From IMG/VR virus record IMGVR_UViG_3300030060_003910, positions 1 to 64,000 of that record: a stretch of 64,000 nt of DNA; one strand, written 5' to 3'. Shown piece by piece: positions 27,981 to 38,947 of this stretch (its first letter is position 1; each line of letters starts with the position of its first letter). The notes under the pieces were generated by a model. The model was not told where the DNA came from and made no database searches. It saw nothing but the letters and a program-made list of their open reading frames with translations. This DNA is from a virus. The position numbers were made by a program, and so were the translations under genes.

Positions 27981-28538
27981 ATGAGAAAAATATTAGTAGT
28001 TGGAGCAGGTGGAATTGGGAGTTTCTTGATTCCTACTTTGGATAAAGTCGGTCTTTACCGCATTCATGTGGCTGACCCTGATGGTGTAGAAACAAAGAAT
28101 CTACCTTATCAAAACTTTAAGAAAGGTCATGTTGGGCAGAATAAGGCTCAAGTAATGATGGATTCCTACGAATCTGTTAGTTCTTTTAGTAAATACCCAA
28201 TTTTAACGGCAAAACAAATGGAGGGCTATGACCTTGTGGTTTGTTGTGTTGATAACTTGGGCGTGAGGCGAACTTTATACAACACAACCCTTAAATGGCT
28301 TGACTTACGAGCGCAAGGCAGAAATGCCGCCCTTGTGTCGCATAAGGCCGACCCGAAGATGTATGATATGCTCTTAGCAGGTGAAGAAGGTTCATTCAGT
28401 TGTCAAGGAGATTCATGGGATGGAACAAATAGTAATGTTCACTTTATGCAGGTCGCAATTGCTGGATTAGGTTCACAATGGATTCAAAGATACTTCAATG
28501 AAGAAGAAGTGAGAGATTATATGGTGGTGAATGTATGA
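27981..28538 (+). CDS. ThiF/MoeB/E1-like activating enzyme
   Basis: VVGAGGIGS, D.D.VE.KNL..Q, NKA, CCVDN...R. Confidence 0.88.
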   Translation: MRKILVVGAGGIGSFLIPTLDKVGLYRIHVADPDGVETKNLPYQNFKKGHVGQNKAQVMMDSYESVSSFSKYPILTAKQMEGYDLVVCCVDNLGVRRTLYNTTLKWLDLRAQGRNAALVSHKADPKMYDMLLAGEEGSFSCQGDSWDGTNSNVHFMQVAIAGLGSQWIQRYFNEEEVRDYMVVNV

Positions 28539-29581
28539 GTAGAAAAAGGAGATTTTGGACAGATGAACAGTTAGCATTTCTTGTTGTTTGCAGGACAAAG
28601 AGACAAACATGGGAACAAATTGCTCATTCTATGCAGGAAAAGTTCGGTTTTTGGAGAAGCCCTGCTAGTATTGGAGCAAAATATCGCAGTCTTTTTGATG
28701 GCGACCACGCGAAAGAATATACACCCGAACAATCAAAATTCATTGTTGATTGTTATTTAAATCATTTCCAAACAAAAATAATTCTTGATGGTTATTTTGA
28801 ACAATTTGGTCAAACTATCAATAAATCAGATATTGATGAAGTCGTTAAAAAGCATCTAGCGACTGAAAAGAAAGTAGATGCTGAAATTAAAACAATAAAA
28901 ACAAAAATTAAGGAGAGAAAAAATATGAAAAGAAAAACATGGACAAAAGAAGAAGATGAGCAATTGCTTGCTTGTGGTTCTTGGAAGAAAGCGATGGAAT
29001 TACAGAATGGTCGCTCAAGGTCGGCTAAAAATGCTCGTTGGGCGTTGCTACAACAGCAAAAGAAAAAGAAAGGCGCAAAGCGTGGCCGAATGACAAAGGC
29101 TGAATTGGAAATGATTCGCAATTGTGAAACCGTTGAAGAAGCATTGGCTTTGAATTTGCGAAAGCCCGAAACAATTATTCGGCAATTTGCTACCTTTAAC
29201 TCAAAGAAGAAAGAAGTTGTTCTTGCTGTTGGGCCTAAGCCAAAGAAGCAAAAGAAGGTGCGTAAGCAATATGCCCCTCGTTGGACGAAAGAAGAGGATT
29301 ATGACCTCATCTTGAACTTTTACGAACTTTCAATTGATGAAGCCCGAAACCGATTCAATCGGTCATACGGGACTATCGCAACCCGCTTAGAAAAGTTGGT
29401 TGATAGCACAAAGCCTGAGCATATCTCTATGCTTATGGAGGCTTCTAAGGAAATTAAGAGTCGCAAGGAAGCACAGAAACCAACGCCCAAAAAGAGCCGC
29501 AGAACGCTACGCAAGGAGCGAAAGAAGGCTAAGAAAGAGGCTAAGTTGAAGGCCAAGTTGCAGAAAATCCGAGGTGAATAA
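28535..29581 (+). CDS. Myb/SANT-like repeat DNA-binding protein
   Basis: Repeated WT.EE(D)..L helices (FWTDEQL, TWTKEEDEQL, RWTKEEDYDL); basic tail. Confidence 0.65.
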   Translation: MSRKRRFWTDEQLAFLVVCRTKRQTWEQIAHSMQEKFGFWRSPASIGAKYRSLFDGDHAKEYTPEQSKFIVDCYLNHFQTKIILDGYFEQFGQTINKSDIDEVVKKHLATEKKVDAEIKTIKTKIKERKNMKRKTWTKEEDEQLLACGSWKKAMELQNGRSRSAKNARWALLQQQKKKKGAKRGRMTKAELEMIRNCETVEEALALNLRKPETIIRQFATFNSKKKEVVLAVGPKPKKQKKVRKQYAPRWTKEEDYDLILNFYELSIDEARNRFNRSYGTIATRLEKLVDSTKPEHISMLMEASKEIKSRKEAQKPTPKKSRRTLRKERKKAKKEAKLKAKLQKIRGE

Positions 29582-29583
29582 AC

Positions 29584-30165
29584 ATGGGAAGAATTAAAGA
29601 TAAAATGATTAAAGATGGTGATGACGACGATGATGATGGTTATGACCATTATGAGATTGAACAAGCGGAATTGGAGTATTTCCGACAAAAAGTGATTGAG
29701 GACATTGGAAACCTTCACGAAGAATTGTTTCAAGAACAGTTTAAAACAACGACTGTTGATAGAAACAAGTTTGAAGGTGCAGTTATGCACGATTTAAATT
29801 TCCACGCTGCAATTTGGAAGGCTTCAACAGAAACCCTTCCTAATCTTGAAGTGCAGGTTGTTATTGACAACAACAACAATTGTTTCGTTTCAACCGGAAG
29901 TCCGGGCTATGTTGATTTTTTCCAACCACCAGTCGGCATGACTCTTCCTATTCGTTGTTGGATTCATACTCATCCATTTGGGGCCGCATATTTTAGCGGA
30001 ACTGATATTCGGACTGTTTCTATTTGGGAACCAAACATGGAATGTGCATATGTTCTTGGAGACAATCAGTATGGTTTTTGGGAGAACCAATTTAATCCTA
30101 AACAATTAGAAATATTTTTGGACAATGAAGTGCAAAAAACTCAAACATGGGGTGAAGAAGAATGA
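29584..30165 (+). CDS. JAB/MPN+ metallo-isopeptidase
   Basis: E...WIHTHP....FSGTD (JAMM motif). Confidence 0.85.
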   Translation: MGRIKDKMIKDGDDDDDDGYDHYEIEQAELEYFRQKVIEDIGNLHEELFQEQFKTTTVDRNKFEGAVMHDLNFHAAIWKASTETLPNLEVQVVIDNNNNCFVSTGSPGYVDFFQPPVGMTLPIRCWIHTHPFGAAYFSGTDIRTVSIWEPNMECAYVLGDNQYGFWENQFNPKQLEIFLDNEVQKTQTWGEEE

Positions 30166-31351
30166 GAGGAAAACCTCTTAAAAGAGGATTAAGCACAGCC
30201 GCAAAATATCCAGATAGACCAATGCGAGAATTTGAAAAAATTTCTTTGAAGGATAGAGCAGAGCGACACGCAAAGGCTCATCCTAACGATAAGAATAAAT
30301 TAAAGGAAAACAAAGGTGTTCAATGGGCAAAGTCAAGAAAGACTGAGCGAGATAAGAAATTGAAGGAGTTTTACAAAACTCATGTTTATACTTGGGTTTC
30401 CGAAACTAACCGAGCATGGGTAGCAATTCCACAATTGGAGGAAGAAGAATGAACATTATTATACCCGACCATGCAATACACCGAACAGAATTGAGAATGA
30501 AAACTCCTGATATGGAAATGTCAGAAGAAGAAAAACTTGTTGAGCAACACAAAGAAAAGTTTCCCAACCAACATTACATTGTCTATTCTAATTGGACTGA
30601 TGCTATGCTTTGTTTGAAGCAGAAAGTTTTTATCACCCCAAAATGTCTGGGTGAGTTTAACTACAGCGAAAAGGGTCAAACTCCCACTTGCGATTATTGC
30701 GATGAAAGAAACACTTGGATTTTGAAAGAGTTTCACTACGATTTGGAGGATTTGGACTGGTTGATGGAGAACGGCCCATTCGCCCCAAATAAGGAGGTGA
30801 AAGAATGAAGGTTGAAATTAACGGAATGGATTTCAAAGAATGGATGGTTGCCTTTGAAAAGCAAAGGAACCATATGAACCAAATTATTGCAGAAACTCTT
30901 GGTGAAAGTGTTGAAAAAGTCAAGAATGATATGGATAATATGACTCATATTGCTCTTTTATATCATGAAGGGAAAATTTCAGAAGAGGAATTTACTCGTC
31001 TAATGACCCAAGAGTTTCCTGAATTAATGGAGGAAGAAGAATGACGGAAGAAAAGAAAGACTTTTGGTGGAGAATACCGTGGAATGTTTTAGCAAAAAGA
31101 CCTGGAGGAATTAGGTATAATCAAGTTTTGACTTGGTTAGAAAATGAACACAATGAAGCGTATAATCATTGGGTTTCAATTGAAAATGATTATCGTAAAG
31201 ACTTCACTTTTGGAAATTATGCTCGTATTTTGACTTGGCTAGAAGAGGAATATATTGAACTATTTATTCAATGGAAGCCAGTCCTTAAACAAATTGAGGT
31301 TGAATCGGAAAAATCGGCAAGAGAATTAGCGAGAAAGAGAGGTTGGGTAAA

Positions 31352-31570
31352 ATGAAGGCTTTAGGTAAATATGCAATAATTAAACTAGAAAACTCTACCT
31401 CTAAATCAGGTATTCAGGTTAGGATTGATAGCACAGGTATTGTGCATTCATGTCCTTCAATGCCTGAAATTGAAGGTAAATTGGTTTTGTTTGATGATAG
31501 ACACCGTTTCGTATCTCACGATGATATGATTATTGTTTCTACTGAACACTTATTGGGAGTGATTGAATGA
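31352..31570 (+). CDS. groES: GroES-like co-chaperonin
   Basis: MKALGKYAII...SKSGIQV...LLGVIE, directly upstream of GroEL. Confidence 0.65.
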   Translation: MKALGKYAIIKLENSTSKSGIQVRIDSTGIVHSCPSMPEIEGKLVLFDDRHRFVSHDDMIIVSTEHLLGVIE

Positions 31571-33090
31571 TTTTGAATGGAGAAGAAGTAAAGCAAAAGT
31601 TGCTACAAGGCATCAATCTGGTTGCTGATACAGTTAAACCAACATTAGGCCCACAAGCAAAGACTGTAATTTTGCAGGGTAATCCTCCAATTGTGATTAA
31701 TGATGGAGTGACGATTACGAAATATATTTCCCATGACGACCCTTATGTTCAAATGGGAGTTCAATTAGTTCAAAATTTAGCAAGTAAAGCCCAAGAAGGT
31801 TCAGGCGATGGAACAACAACCGCCTGTATTCTTGCACAGGCTTTTTGTAATGAATTAATGAGTAATGAAGAACAAATGACCACGCATGACTTTAACCTTC
31901 TAATGGACTCTCTTCGTGAGCAAACAATTAATTTCTTAGACGGTATCTCTATGACTGTTGATGATTCGGATATTCTAAATGTTGCTACAATTGCGGCAAA
32001 CAATGATGCTTCTCTTGGCTATTTGATTCAAGAAGCGTTTAATACGGTTGGTCGTGATGGTGTGATTACTGTTGAGGAATCTAATGATTATCAAACTCAA
32101 TTGATTCTTCGTGAAGGTATGGAAATCCAAGAAGGATATTTGAGTCATCTTATGTGCAATACGGAAAGTGGAAAGGTTGAGTTTAATAATCCCGTTGTTT
32201 TCATGTCAAATATGGGCCTTCGTCATTTTAAAGACATCATGCCTTTGCTTGAATATTCAGCGAGTCAAAGCCGACCTCTTTTGATTATGTGCAAAGGTAT
32301 GGATGGTTCAGCACTTAACAATTTGATTATGAATCTAATCAATAAGACTGTTGAATGTGCAGTAGTGATGGCTCCTAATTTCGGAGATGCTCAGATTGAT
32401 GAATTGTCGGATATTCAATCATTAATTGGTGGTAAAGTCTTTGTTGAAGAAAGCAAAGACGATTCAAAACTCTTTACTGAAACCGATTTGGGAACCTGTT
32501 CCAAGGTCATTATCACAAAAGAAACTACGACTTTTATTGGCGGAGAAGGCAAAACCGAAGATAGAATTAAAGCCCTGAAAGAACAGGCACTTGATTTGAA
32601 AGGACATGACTTGGCTCGGATTAAATCAAGAGTAGCCCGCCTCAAAGGTGGAATTGCTACTATCAAGGTTGGTGCATCTTCATCAATTGAAATGCGAGAA
32701 AAGAAAGAACGACTTGATGATGCACTTCACGCAACAAAGGCCGCTTTGGAAGAAGGTATTGTTGTTGGTGGTGGTGTCCCATTTATTCGTCTTGCTTATG
32801 CAATTGAAGCACCCGAATGGTTCAGAAAGTCTGTTGTAAAACCTTATCGTGTTTTGATGGATAATGCAAACTACACCGAGCAAACAAGGGTTGTAGGGTT
32901 TGAAATTGAAAAGACAATTGATGGAACAAATCCTAATTGGGGATTCAATGCAGTTTCATGTCAGCATGAAGATTTGTTTAAGGCAGGAGTCTTTGACCCC
33001 GTGAAGGTTTCCAAGAATAGTTTCTTGGCGGCATTGTCAATTGCTCAGTTGTTTTATTCAACAGATGTTGCAGTATTAGTGGAGGAATAA
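31567..33090 (+). CDS. groEL: Group I chaperonin (GroEL-like)
   Basis: TLGP, INDGVTI, GDGTTTA, GVITVEE, APNFGD, EKKERLDDALHATKAA, GVFDPVKV. Confidence 0.93.
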   Translation: MILNGEEVKQKLLQGINLVADTVKPTLGPQAKTVILQGNPPIVINDGVTITKYISHDDPYVQMGVQLVQNLASKAQEGSGDGTTTACILAQAFCNELMSNEEQMTTHDFNLLMDSLREQTINFLDGISMTVDDSDILNVATIAANNDASLGYLIQEAFNTVGRDGVITVEESNDYQTQLILREGMEIQEGYLSHLMCNTESGKVEFNNPVVFMSNMGLRHFKDIMPLLEYSASQSRPLLIMCKGMDGSALNNLIMNLINKTVECAVVMAPNFGDAQIDELSDIQSLIGGKVFVEESKDDSKLFTETDLGTCSKVIITKETTTFIGGEGKTEDRIKALKEQALDLKGHDLARIKSRVARLKGGIATIKVGASSSIEMREKKERLDDALHATKAALEEGIVVGGGVPFIRLAYAIEAPEWFRKSVVKPYRVLMDNANYTEQTRVVGFEIEKTIDGTNPNWGFNAVSCQHEDLFKAGVFDPVKVSKNSFLAALSIAQLFYSTDVAVLVEE

Positions 33091-33730
33091 AAATGGATAA
33101 AGTAACATTAGAAGAACTTAGAGAGTTAAGAGATGAAGGGATGCTACCGTTTATGATGTATGGTTGGGCTATACGCAAAGGAATTCCCAAAGATAAAATT
33201 GATGAAGAAGTCGCTAAATTAGAAAAAGCGATTAATGAAATGCTTGAACAGGAGGAATAAACATGGTTAAAAAATTAGAAGATATGGGTTATGTTAAAAT
33301 TTCCGAGTATGAGAAAATACAATTATTTAACAAAGATGCTGATTTTGACGAACTAGACGCTATTTTATATCTTACTGACGGTATTTCTCGTGAGAGTTTT
33401 AATATTCTTGATGAATTTGTGGAAGTTTGGCTACCAAGAGAGTATTTCTTTCCAAATAATGTGGAAGAACTAAAGGAGGATTAAATATGTTAGATGCTTT
33501 AAATATTTTACTAGATAGCGAAATTGTGAGAATGACTGTTGTTTATGCTGATGGTTCACTAGATATTTTAATTAGGCAAAAAGACGGGACATTTAGTGTA
33601 GAAAGGAGGAATCGTTGATGGAATGTCCAAATTGTAAGAGAAGTATTATTCCTCATTTTGGTGGGTATCATATGCGAAGATATGGTATGTGTCAGGATTG
33701 TTGGGAATTAAAACTCAAGGAGACTAAGAA

Positions 33731-34129
33731 ATGAAAGAGAAAGCAATTACTGTTGTTTTACCTGCGCCACACAAGCAAAGGATAAAATGCCCTATTTGTG
33801 AAGGAAATAAATGTAAAGTCTGCAATATGTCTGGGGAACTAGGTATTAATGTAGCACCAAAGATTCCGATTCAAAGGGCGCATATTATCAAATATGTTGC
33901 TGAAAATATGCACGAAGTAGCAAAGGAAATTACTCGCAAATATGGTTTAGTGCCTGAAGTTAATACGGCTGAAGTGATAGAAGTAAATGGAGGACAATTT
34001 GAAGTTGTTCAGATTTCTAGTCTTGGTGGTGTTTGCTGGGTTGTAAATCGCTTGGATGATTTAGATACTCCAAGATACTTTACATCAAAACAGGAACTTG
34101 ACAAGTTTAAACAGGGGTGGATGAATTGA
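33731..34129 (+). CDS. Zn-finger hypothetical protein
   Basis: CPICEGNKCKVCNMSG. Confidence 0.55.
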   Translation: MKEKAITVVLPAPHKQRIKCPICEGNKCKVCNMSGELGINVAPKIPIQRAHIIKYVAENMHEVAKEITRKYGLVPEVNTAEVIEVNGGQFEVVQISSLGGVCWVVNRLDDLDTPRYFTSKQELDKFKQGWMN

Positions 34130-34262
34130 TAGAAGGAGATGAATTGATAGACTTTGATAGATGGTTTTTAAAAACCTATCCTCCCAAAAACATTAGAGAC
34201 ATTATTATGGAAAAAGGATTCTTTCATAAGATACTATTTCCTATTTATTCGGAGGAAGAGGA

Positions 34263-34475
34263 ATGACAGATGAATTAGAAGTAAAAGGAACCATAGTCCG
34301 TAATGCTGAACTGGACTGTAAAATAAAGCGTGGTGTCTATTGGAACATAGATGTCATGGATATTCGTTGGTATCGTAATGACAAGCCAACAAATAAAGGC
34401 ATTCGTTTGAATGTTGATGAAGCAAAATTGTTATTACAAATTTTAAGGAGAGAATTAGATGAAGAGAGTAAGTGA
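34263..34475 (+). CDS. PC4-like ssDNA-binding protein
   Basis: DIRWY..DKPTNKGIRL motif. Confidence 0.7.
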   Translation: MTDELEVKGTIVRNAELDCKIKRGVYWNIDVMDIRWYRNDKPTNKGIRLNVDEAKLLLQILRRELDEESK

Positions 34476-34719
34476 TGTTCAATCAAAGAAAAGCCTACGG
34501 GCGGCAAATGAAGAAAGACAATATGGGCATAATGCTGTTCCTCGGTTTGGAAACTGTGCTGGAAAAATTATTGATTTGTTTGCTATTTATGTTGAAGAAA
34601 GTATGACTGTTCCGCCTAAAGGTGGAAGAGGTTGTCGTGTTCAAAAAGAACATATTGATTTGTGTTTCGGTAAGTTTTATCAGGCTATGAGAGAATTTAT
34701 GGATGGTGAAAAAGAATGA
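34459..34719 (+). CDS. Possible divergent histone-fold protein
   Basis: Helix-loop-long helix-RVQKEHI pattern, like the RKTVxxEDI end of histone folds. Confidence 0.35.
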   Translation: MKRVSDVQSKKSLRAANEERQYGHNAVPRFGNCAGKIIDLFAIYVEESMTVPPKGGRGCRVQKEHIDLCFGKFYQAMREFMDGEKE

Positions 34720-35331
34720 CTGAGAAATTTAAAAAAGGAGAGTTTTTGTATATGGAATTGACAACATGGTTATTAGAACACTTTAAAGATGTTTATGATG
34801 ATTATCAATTAAATGCTGCTGAAGCACACATTCAAAAGTGGAGAAAATACATAAAGGGTGATAAAGAATGAATAAACTTTACTTGATTACAACCAACAAT
34901 AAGAAGTTTGATTCTTGGGCTAAACAATTGAAGAAGAACCTCAAGGGACTAGCCCTTGACCACTTCAATTCAGGATATAATGATGTAGTTAATGGAAACT
35001 ATTTGGCGAGAGCCTCTTTTGTTTGTTATTGGGAAATCTATTCAAATGATTCTCTAGCAAGATTAGCACCAGCCATTACCCAAGCATCATTTATTCATAT
35101 GTTGCATAGGTTCATGGAAATGGAAATGCACGAAGAAGTGAGAGTTGTTGAGCAATTAATGATGAATTTCTTGCGGCTCCTTCAAAGACTAGAAGGAGAG
35201 GAAAATAATGAAGAAGAGTGATTGGGTCTATCTAGCAAACGCTATGTGGACTTATTCAGAAAGAAATGAAGGAAAAATCAGTATACTTCTAAAACAACTG
35301 ATTAAAGAAATAAATAATAATAAGGAGATGA

Positions 35332-36879
35332 TTGAAAATGACATGGGAAAATATGAGCAGAATGCTACAAGCAACAGACCAATTGACACCGACTCAACAA
35401 ATAAGTCGGATTTCAAGAGACTTGGAAACATTCACGACGGAGAAGAATAGCCCTTCTTTGGTTTTGCAGATTCTTGACAAAGATAAACTGGAAGCAAATA
35501 GCCTCGGTTTAGCAAAGGCAAAGAAATGGATGGCTAAAATCTTTGATGTTTTTGATGATGAAATTGATGGATTGATGTATGCCCACGATGATTTGGGCGA
35601 AGCAATTTATCACCTTGACCCATCAGCAGAAAAACAACGAACCATTTCTGTTCAGTATGTTCATCGTATTTTGAACATGAACTGCGGAAAGATTGATTCT
35701 AACGAGTTTTCTATTCTTGAGGAATCAATTTTGGCTATGTCTGCAAATGCACGACGCTGGTTCATTCGGTATATGCTAAGAACGCCACGAAATGGAATCA
35801 ATGAAGGAACCGTTGCGAAGATTATCGCCAAGCACTACAATAAGAAGCAAGCAGATGTTAAGAAACATTTGAACTTCAATTCTGTTGAGGTGGTTTGTTA
35901 TCACTATAATGCTGGTTCCAATCCTCCATGTAATCTAACCTATGGAAAATTCATCAAACCAATGCTTGCTAAGGAAGTTCCGATGAATAAGTGGCCTACT
36001 AACTTTGTTGTTGATTACAAATACGATGGAAACAGATACCAAATTCATATTGATGGCGACAAAACTATGATTTTTAATCGTAAAGGTAAAATCGTAACTC
36101 AGCAATTCCCTGATGTTGTTGAATTGGTTCAAGAGTATGATGTTGAAAATGCTATTCTTGATGGTGAAATCTATCCTATCTTGGAAAATGGCGCACCTGC
36201 ACCTCATAAGCAAATGGGAACAAGGGTTCATTCAAAGAATATTCAAGAGGCTATGGAAAGAGTCAAGGTTGAATGGGTCATTTTTGATTGTCTCATGTTG
36301 AACAACGAAACAGTCATGGATTTGTCATATACGGAACGGTTGGAGAAGATGAAAGACCTGCCGAATCAAGCACACCGAATCACCGAGGGCGACATTATGG
36401 CCTTTTACCATGAAGCAATCAACGAAGGGTTTGAAGGAATCATCGTTAAGGATGCAAGCCAACCTTATCAATCAGGAAAACGCTCCGTTTTCTGGGCTAA
36501 ATATAAACCTCCGCAGATTAATCTTGATGTTGTTATCCTCTCCGCAAAATATGGGGAAGGTAAGCGGTCAAATGTTTTCGGCACTTACGAGTTAGGCGTG
36601 AGGGCTAATAATGGTTATCACAGCGTCGGATGGTGTGGAACAGGCTTCTCGGATAGCGATTTAATCAACCTCACGAACACGCTACGGCGTAATGTTGAAT
36701 CCTTTGACAACGGGCGATTCTTTGTTTCGCCTGTTGTTATTCTTGAAGTTAAGGCTGATTTGGTTAGCCGTGATGAAAAAGGCAACTTGGGTCTAAGGTT
36801 CCCAAGATGTGTCCGTATTCGTGATGATAAATTTGTTGCGGATATTAATACCTTGAATGATGTGGAGAGATTAGAATGA
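35332..36879 (+). CDS. lig: ATP-dependent DNA ligase
   Basis: KYDGNR, ILDGE, FDCL, EGIIVK, WAKYK and LRFPR motifs. Confidence 0.93.
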   Translation: MKMTWENMSRMLQATDQLTPTQQISRISRDLETFTTEKNSPSLVLQILDKDKLEANSLGLAKAKKWMAKIFDVFDDEIDGLMYAHDDLGEAIYHLDPSAEKQRTISVQYVHRILNMNCGKIDSNEFSILEESILAMSANARRWFIRYMLRTPRNGINEGTVAKIIAKHYNKKQADVKKHLNFNSVEVVCYHYNAGSNPPCNLTYGKFIKPMLAKEVPMNKWPTNFVVDYKYDGNRYQIHIDGDKTMIFNRKGKIVTQQFPDVVELVQEYDVENAILDGEIYPILENGAPAPHKQMGTRVHSKNIQEAMERVKVEWVIFDCLMLNNETVMDLSYTERLEKMKDLPNQAHRITEGDIMAFYHEAINEGFEGIIVKDASQPYQSGKRSVFWAKYKPPQINLDVVILSAKYGEGKRSNVFGTYELGVRANNGYHSVGWCGTGFSDSDLINLTNTLRRNVESFDNGRFFVSPVVILEVKADLVSRDEKGNLGLRFPRCVRIRDDKFVADINTLNDVERLE

Positions 36880-37246
36880 AAGAAGAATCAGCAGTATGGA
36901 ATACAAAGTATTTTGCAGACCAACATGGGCGTTGTAGGAAAATTTCTGAAATGAGTATGAAACAAACAGATATAGCAATTAGGTCTTCATTTACAAGAAT
37001 GAAGACCTCTATGCTACATTTAGAAAGACTTTACCATAGAAGATTTGTTTTGAAGCAGAAATTAGGAGAAGAAGATTACATGGTGAGAAACCATAAGCAA
37101 AAGATTATTCAAAATCTTGGTCTGAAATCGGAACTTGAAAAGAATGAACATATGCAACAGATTCTTCTAACTGCTCTCACTTTCATTGAAAGCGGAAAGG
37201 ATATTTCTTTGATTAAGGCTGTTCTTGAACAAGCGAGGGATGATGA

Positions 37247-37690
37247 ATGATTCAACAAGGAGAAATGACAATTATTGATGCAATTACTTACAGGTGTTTA
37301 AAAATTGATGAAGATGGCTATGCTCATCTAAAAAATATTCTGCATGAACAAGGCCGACCTAAGTTAGTTTTACAGAAGTATTGTCCTTATATTAAGGATA
37401 ATCAAATCATTGTTCCTGAAAAGCCTGCCTATAAGAAACCAAAACCTACCACTAAAATTAATGTAACTCAGTTAATTAAAGAAACAACCGACCTTCAAGT
37501 TTCAAATGAGGCAAAATATTTTATTACTCAATGGGTTGAAACAGCGATTGCCAACCTTATTAGCAACGCAGAAGAAAACGCAATTGAAAGGGGAGAGTCT
37601 CGCTTAACGGCCGCTCACTTCTTTTGGCTTGAAACAAATACTGCACCTAATGGTTATTGGCCTTCAAATACACAATATATGCAGGACTGA
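37247..37690 (+). CDS. Protein with C-terminal archaeal-type histone fold
   Basis: VTQLIKE..DLQVSNEA...VE..IANLISNAEENAIERGESRLTAAHF. Confidence 0.65.
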   Translation: MIQQGEMTIIDAITYRCLKIDEDGYAHLKNILHEQGRPKLVLQKYCPYIKDNQIIVPEKPAYKKPKPTTKINVTQLIKETTDLQVSNEAKYFITQWVETAIANLISNAEENAIERGESRLTAAHFFWLETNTAPNGYWPSNTQYMQD

Positions 37691-37695
37691 TATTT

Positions 37696-38091
37696 ATGTA
37701 TAGTAAAGATATGCTAATTGGTATCTTACTAACTGCTGGTAAGTTGGATTTTAATATTGAAAGAGCAAGTGATTCTCAAATTGGTTATCGTGTAAGAGTG
37801 AAAATTATCCTTCGTGCTGAAGAATCATTTCTTAGGGCCGTTGAAAGAACGCTTTTTCAACATGAGATTACTTCTTCTTACAAAGAAAAAGAGTCAAAGA
37901 CAAGACCAAAGCCCATTCTAAAGATTGGCGGAATCAAAAATCTGTATAAATTGACAGAATTGGTTCCTGTATTACCTGACGCAAAAGGAGACTGGGGAAC
38001 ATTTAGAGAACTGGTTGAATTAATATCAGAGAATAAACATAGAACATCAAGTGGACTTGATAGAATATTTGAATTGAAAGGGGTCATTTAA
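37696..38091 (+). CDS. LAGLIDADG-like homing-endonuclease-fold protein (possibly inactive)
   Basis: LIGILLTAG helix, beta-saddle pattern, C-terminal KHRTSSGLDRI. Confidence 0.55.
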   Translation: MYSKDMLIGILLTAGKLDFNIERASDSQIGYRVRVKIILRAEESFLRAVERTLFQHEITSSYKEKESKTRPKPILKIGGIKNLYKLTELVPVLPDAKGDWGTFRELVELISENKHRTSSGLDRIFELKGVI

Positions 38092-38945
38092 TGGGACTAA
38101 CAAATAGAAATAATGATAATAGAACAATCCTACTAACAGGCAAAACTGGAACTGGAAAATCAATAAAGGCACTTACTTTCGTAAATGACCCAATCGTTCT
38201 ATATGCAAACGACATTGATTTTGATGTAGGTTCATTTCCTGTGGAGAACGGAATCGTTATTGAAGATGTGCATTACAAACCTGATAAGTCAGCAATCTTG
38301 CACATCATACGCAATTATCGTGGTCAAGTAGTATTGACTTCTATTAACCAAAAGTCTGTTCCCAAAGAAATTAAGGATATGTGTAAAATCAAAAGAGCAG
38401 GTTCTCATAATTTCCTTGAGGAAGAAATTAAAGCAATTGCTCCAAATAGCGAAAGTCCTTTCTCTTTAGATAGAGATACTTATTCTATTGTGAACGGTTT
38501 TCTTAAGGAGAGAAATAGAGATTTGGTCGCTGAAATTTTACTGTTTAACAAACCATCAGATACACAGATTCTATCGTGGTTGTCTGAAAATATGCACCCT
38601 AACAGATTAATTTTTGTTGATGGAAGAGTTAAGCGAAGATGGAGTCAAAGATACTTTTATGAGATGCTTGCCTATTCTCATACAGGTTCTTTTGTTGGAC
38701 AATTAAATATGCCAAAAAGAAGAGCATATTCACAAATACCAAAACTAGCAAGAAGACTTGGTGTTAAGAACCAAAGACTTCTTCCTGCTTTATTGAAAGA
38801 TGAAGCGTTTAAAGAACAGGCAAAAAAGAAACTTAACAATGCCGAATGCCGATTGCTTAAAATCGGTGAGAAACGGCGTAGAAAGAAAACTACACCTATT
38901 GTAATAACACAAACATCATTAGGTGATTTTATGAAGGATGGATAA
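38091..38945 (+). CDS. AAA+ ATPase, RFC large-subunit-like
   Basis: GKTGTGKS, IVIEDV; C-terminal QTSLGDF is PIP-box-like; adjacent to the RFC small subunit. Confidence 0.65.
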   Translation: MGLTNRNNDNRTILLTGKTGTGKSIKALTFVNDPIVLYANDIDFDVGSFPVENGIVIEDVHYKPDKSAILHIIRNYRGQVVLTSINQKSVPKEIKDMCKIKRAGSHNFLEEEIKAIAPNSESPFSLDRDTYSIVNGFLKERNRDLVAEILLFNKPSDTQILSWLSENMHPNRLIFVDGRVKRRWSQRYFYEMLAYSHTGSFVGQLNMPKRRAYSQIPKLARRLGVKNQRLLPALLKDEAFKEQAKKKLNNAECRLLKIGEKRRRKKTTPIVITQTSLGDFMKDG

Positions 38946-38947
38946 AT

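Noticed and set aside
37696-38091. Mobile intron or intein around the LAGLIDADG-like ORF
   Set aside because: It is free-standing between intact genes, and the catalytic acidic residue of the motif appears to be missing.
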